A DNA stretch of 64,000 nucleotides, taken from Balanoglossus misakiensis. Lineage: Eukaryota > Animalia > Hemichordata. The position numbers and the translations under genes were made by a program. This document shows, piece by piece, positions 59,483 through 64,000 of the stretch. The notes below the pieces were generated by a model that ran no database searches, was not told where the DNA came from, and saw nothing but the letters and a program-made list of their open reading frames with translations. How positions within the stretch are numbered: position 1 is the first letter of the stretch; each line of letters starts with the position of its first letter. Location of the stretch: the NCBI GenBank assembly GCA_040954595.2, contig CM082592.2, positions 4,790,735 through 4,854,734 of the forward strand, read 5' to 3'.

Positions 59483-62447
59483 GTGAGGTCAAAGGTCAGG
59501 TCAGATCACACAGGATACAGCTGAAGTTGTGGCTATACACCTGCAAGACTGTTCCCATGAAGTCTGTGGTTGGATTTTGAAGCTGGAAGCAACACTAACA
59601 CTCTGAAGTCGTGCTACAGACTTGATGCAGTTTTTGAATCCAGTTGATGGCAGGGTTTTACTTTGAGACATTCTTCTATGTTTGTAAACTTTTTTTTTTC
59701 TGTCGGTTCAGTTTGTGTTACGTGACAAACTATACTCACATCTGTATAGTTTATAGAATCCCTGCCCCCCCCCCCCCAATACTATAATATATCATACCAA
59801 GTAGCTTTTATGGACTTGTATCACAACATACCTCATTCAATCATTCGTGATTCATTCAAAGGAACAGATTAGAACCTTGGATGTACCAGCCAGCCATTGC
59901 TAGTTCAAAATTACTCTAATGAACAAAATTTGGGTCCAGCGTCATTTTCCCTATCACAAAATAACTTATAATTCAAGACACAGCTACTCTCTGGGAAGTT
60001 GTATGATCCCTACAGTGCAAGACCAGTGTACATGAACACTGCTGTTTGGTTTTTCCTCATCCTAAGAATATGAGTGGAGAAAGAATTTTGCTCTCATTAC
60101 GTTATGAAAAGGAAGGCAACCCTCTGTCACATTAAAAAATACTGAGTTGTGAACTGCCATATTTTTCATATTTTCATTGAACAATAACGTCATGCTCTGG
60201 AAAGTGTCCAAGTTCACAGAAAAATTAAATGTGGAAATTTTATCACAAATTAACTGCCATGAGTGTCATTTGTACGATGGTTGACTTTTTTCAAGTAATT
60301 TTATCTTCATTCTGATTGATGTATGCCTTGATGCATTTTGGGGTTTAGGTGGTGGTGTAGTAAGTATATAGTTGATAGCTTTGTTGCATTTTGCATTTAA
60401 TCAAGCTTTTCTCGAAATCAGACATTCCCCATATTTGTATAGTTTACCTTATTTTCAACAATAAACACTTGAAAGAAATTTGCATTGCGTCCTGCTTTGT
60501 CATTTCAAAGAATTTTTCAGGAAAACCATACAATATGACACTCGGTTGTTTGGAAAGAATGAAATCTTTTTATTCATCCATTCACTGAACAACACAAAAT
60601 CATATTGACGGAAATATCCGATAAAATTAAATCTTTTATATATTTTTGTTTACAATTATCGATATTCTGTACATTAATTTGTCAATATAGCAAATTAATC
60701 TTGAGATAAATTATCAAGAAGAATGATATTGTATACATATACAAGACAGGCTAGAAGTGATATTTTGAAATCATTCGTATTCTTAAAAGTTTAAAAAAAA
60801 ACATGACATCTTATGGGCTGACTCCTTGTAATATAGGAATAGTACGTTATGATATAAATGTTGAAAGTCTCCAATGAACTCTCCCCCCCCCCCCTCCTTT
60901 AGCCAGAAGTAGATACGAGACTTCCACCAGTACTTTTATATTTGCATGTCTTTAAAAGATTTGCCAAATTCACAATTGTAAAAGATTTGCCAAATTTATG
61001 TATAAAAGGCATTCAGCATTATTAAAATTTGATAAATTGTGCTTTAAGTGAAAGAAAAACTATTCCTTGCAGGAATCCCTAGTCCACCCAAAGGTTTTTG
61101 GCTATCATGGTGAAAACTGTTATTAATCAGTCTATTTACTACATCTAATGGGCTGTTACCAGTGTAAGGTAAACCTGTCTGCCAATACCATGTATACTGG
61201 AAGAGTAGCCAATCACAGATTTTCACTTGGTGGGGCATGCAAGAAAAGTGCCACACCAGGTGGTCATGATTGATAATTCCTAGACACACCCTTTTTTCCC
61301 CATAAATGGGCATGTGTAAATTAGAGGTGTGGCCACTTATATACAAAATAGAGGTGGCCATATCCCTTTATTTAAAGCCGAGTTTAAAGCTAAAAGAACT
61401 GTAAAAGCAAGGTGCAAGGTACTTGGAAATTGATATGATTTTGATAAGTCAGTGATGTCAAGACTCCACCATGATCACGTCGCAGGGCAATGCCTACAGA
61501 ATCGCAAAGCAAATGCAAGAAAAAAAGTTCAGTGATTCTCGATATGTGTTGGACATACACATCATGATACCCAAAATCTCACCCCCCCCCCCATTCCCTT
61601 CATGCTCCTCCCTTAAATTACCCAAAGATACGGTAAGGCACAAAAAGTATTTGAAGATAAAAGCTGCATTATTGCCATGACCATGACGGACTTCTACAAA
61701 AGATTGAATGACAAGACTTCAAAACATGACCACAGGCACAGTGAAGCGTATGAATGTTCCACTATGTAGAGTTGAAATTTTCAAAAAAAGTTTTTGTTCA
61801 AAAATTAATTTAACTGTGATATTTTGTTTTAAATTGCGCTTTTGCAATTTTTTTCACGTGAAGTGGAATTTGCTCTGCAAAGATTTGTGCAGTGCACACA
61901 CAAATAGTAACCAGTTCTGTGCAAATGGCACTTTGAGACTTTTCTCTGATTTGATTATCCTTCAATTAAGCTCCACCCATGATTAGGCATCAGCCAGGCC
62001 TGGCTGTTACATTTTATCCTTTTAGTTCTAACTTCTTATAAAAACAAAAGGATATGGTTTCACTTCATATCCCCCAAAGAAACACCCCTTTTAAAATGAC
62101 TGAAACTTTTAAATGATGCAATTTTAGAAATCTTAAAAAACGACAATCGATATGTGATATAAGCCTCTGCAGTGTGTTGTAACACCCCTGTTTCTGAGTA
62201 AAAGGCCAGGTCTGGTGTAGTAATTCTGGCTGCCTTAAATAGGTTTTCACTTTGCGCTAAGGGGTCAAATCACATTGCATTCGGCCATCTTGAAATTGTG
62301 TCGATCATGTGAGATTTTTATCACCCACCTAGGTAGCCAAAACCTATTTAAGGTCGGGAGAATTGCCTGGACCGTTCCAAGGTGGACAGACATATGGGTT
62401 GGGAAAAAAAACCAGCTTCAGAGTGATTCTGTGTTCCGTGCCGTCTA

Positions 62448-63288
62448 TCAGCTGTCGGGAAAAGACTCTCGTTCTTTCTCCTTCTCCCGTCGTTCAAACG
62501 CTTGATGGGCTCTCTCCAGATCACCGATAACATCCAGCAGCGTTGCCGCAGCAGCCATTCGGGAATCGTGGAAGGATTGGCTTTTCTTCAGACCGCCTTG
62601 ACAAAGGAAAAACAAGAAAATACTTTGCATTAACGAAAAAGAATATTTGGAGGTGTGTGACAAGACAGTCAATGTAATAGCAAATTCTCTTGAAATGCGA
62701 TTTTTTTACTCGTTGGCAGACAAGGCCTGTGAAGTGAGCCACCAGGTGGCCAAAGTACTGCTACTTTGTTTTTACCCCAAAACGGACACGTTTTGCAAGC
62801 ACTTACTGTGGTCATCGTCATCATCATCATGATCCAAGTCTTTGCTGTCTCCGTTCATAGTAGGATTTGTCGGTTTACTCATGGCGTCTGCTGCTGCGTT
62901 GCCCAGGTCTGAAGATTCTAAATATTTTGTCCTGACAAAAACAATTGATACAGTTAGTATATCAGAGCATTCAGTTTCGCTACTCAAGATTTCAGAGAAA
63001 AGATAAAAAAGACAGTTGCCAGAAAGAACATTCCTGTCAAGTGGGGCACGGAAGATAACCTCACATAAGGTAAACCACTATACAAAAAGAAACCCAAAAA
63101 GTTAACCAAATTTATCCCTTTAATACGTTGACATATGACTGTAACAATCACATGTATTAAAGTCTGACCTTAGCATATCCCTTCCCAGCAGTAACTGTGA
63201 GTAGATGGTTTGTGTCTCGGCATCAGGATCCAAAGGGTCTCTCCAGTCGCCTAGTGTACACGCGGAGTGCGTTTTACTACATCCTCTG
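62448..63288 (-). CDS. 3' exons of an unidentified gene running off the window
   Basis: Phase-compatible exons at ~63288-63168 (RGCSKTHSACTLGDWRDPLDPDAETQTIYSQLLLGRDML), ~62931-62808 (TKYLESSDLG...DHDDDDDDH) and ~62596-62448 (GLKKSQSFHDSRM...ESFPDS*). Product not recognised. Confidence 0.5.
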
Positions 63289-64000
63289 GCTGTGAAGACA
63301 AAAAAAGACACCAAAAACTCTGCGATTATTCATAAGGCTGTTGAAACTGGGGAAATAAGTTTACCCAGGATGTAGTGACATATGGTATGGTATTTCCATA
63401 GAATCTATGACCTGGAAATTTCAAGAAACTTGGTTGCATGGCAGTTTGCAGTATTTGTGTATTCCTTCAGACTAAGCAGAGTGGTCTGTCTGTTTTCCAA
63501 GATCCTAACCTGCCTGGCTTGATGCAGTCATTTAAAATTCAATATCCACAGCAATGACAACCTGAGTGTATAAGCACTAAAGTCTCTTCACAAATGTGTA
63601 TACAGTGTATCATTATTTGGGGTAGCTGTTTGAGCAAAACTTCTGACAAATTTCTGGGAAAAGTCCAGGTGCCCGGTAATGTGAGAGATTTATTAGCCTA
63701 CAAACCCAGCAAAGGTAAAACACTACACACCCACAAGTGGCATGATGTGACCACAATGCATTGTATTATGCTGCCCTCTTGAGTTGAGTTTTGGTACATC
63801 CAATGTAACAGAAACACAGTGATTTTATGCCATTTCAAATATAAAAAATAGCGTTTCCTGGTTTGTTTGTGACTGAAAAGAAAATCCCTGAAGAGGCAGA
63901 AACTTCAAGCTTGATCGGTCACCCCAACTGACCCATGGTATTTTGGCGCGGCAAACTTCCCTATTACGGCGGGACACGCACAATGAAATCCCGGTAATGC

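Noticed and set aside
63930-64000. Possible further exon of the terminal minus-strand gene
   Set aside because: The donor phase could not be reconciled with the next exon, and the sequence is cut by the window edge.

Overview
Intron-rich animal genomic DNA, probably from an invertebrate bilaterian; the species cannot be determined from the sequence. Gene models were built by hand from splice sites and reading-frame phases. In order they are: the 3' end of a cyclic-nucleotide-gated channel (+), an intronless orphan multi-pass membrane protein (-), UBE2G1 (-), SMARCB1 (-) head-to-head with an INPP5K/J-type 5-phosphatase (+), a ~1790-aa class C GPCR with three tandem Venus-flytrap modules (-), selenoprotein M (-) head-to-head with PRPF19 (+), and the 3' end of an unidentified gene (-). 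The strongest unexplained signals are: (1) five copies of an ~81-nt box C/D snoRNA-like RNA, one per intron, always sense to the host and spread over two divergent genes; (2) the triple-flytrap GPCR, with a degenerate first module and a furin-like linker; (3) nested TAG..CTA non-autonomous transposons, each with a 9-bp target-site duplication; (4) a tandem-duplicated coiled-coil exon in the channel; (5) an in-frame UGA, a SECIS element and a U12-type intron in SELENOM. No database searches were run.
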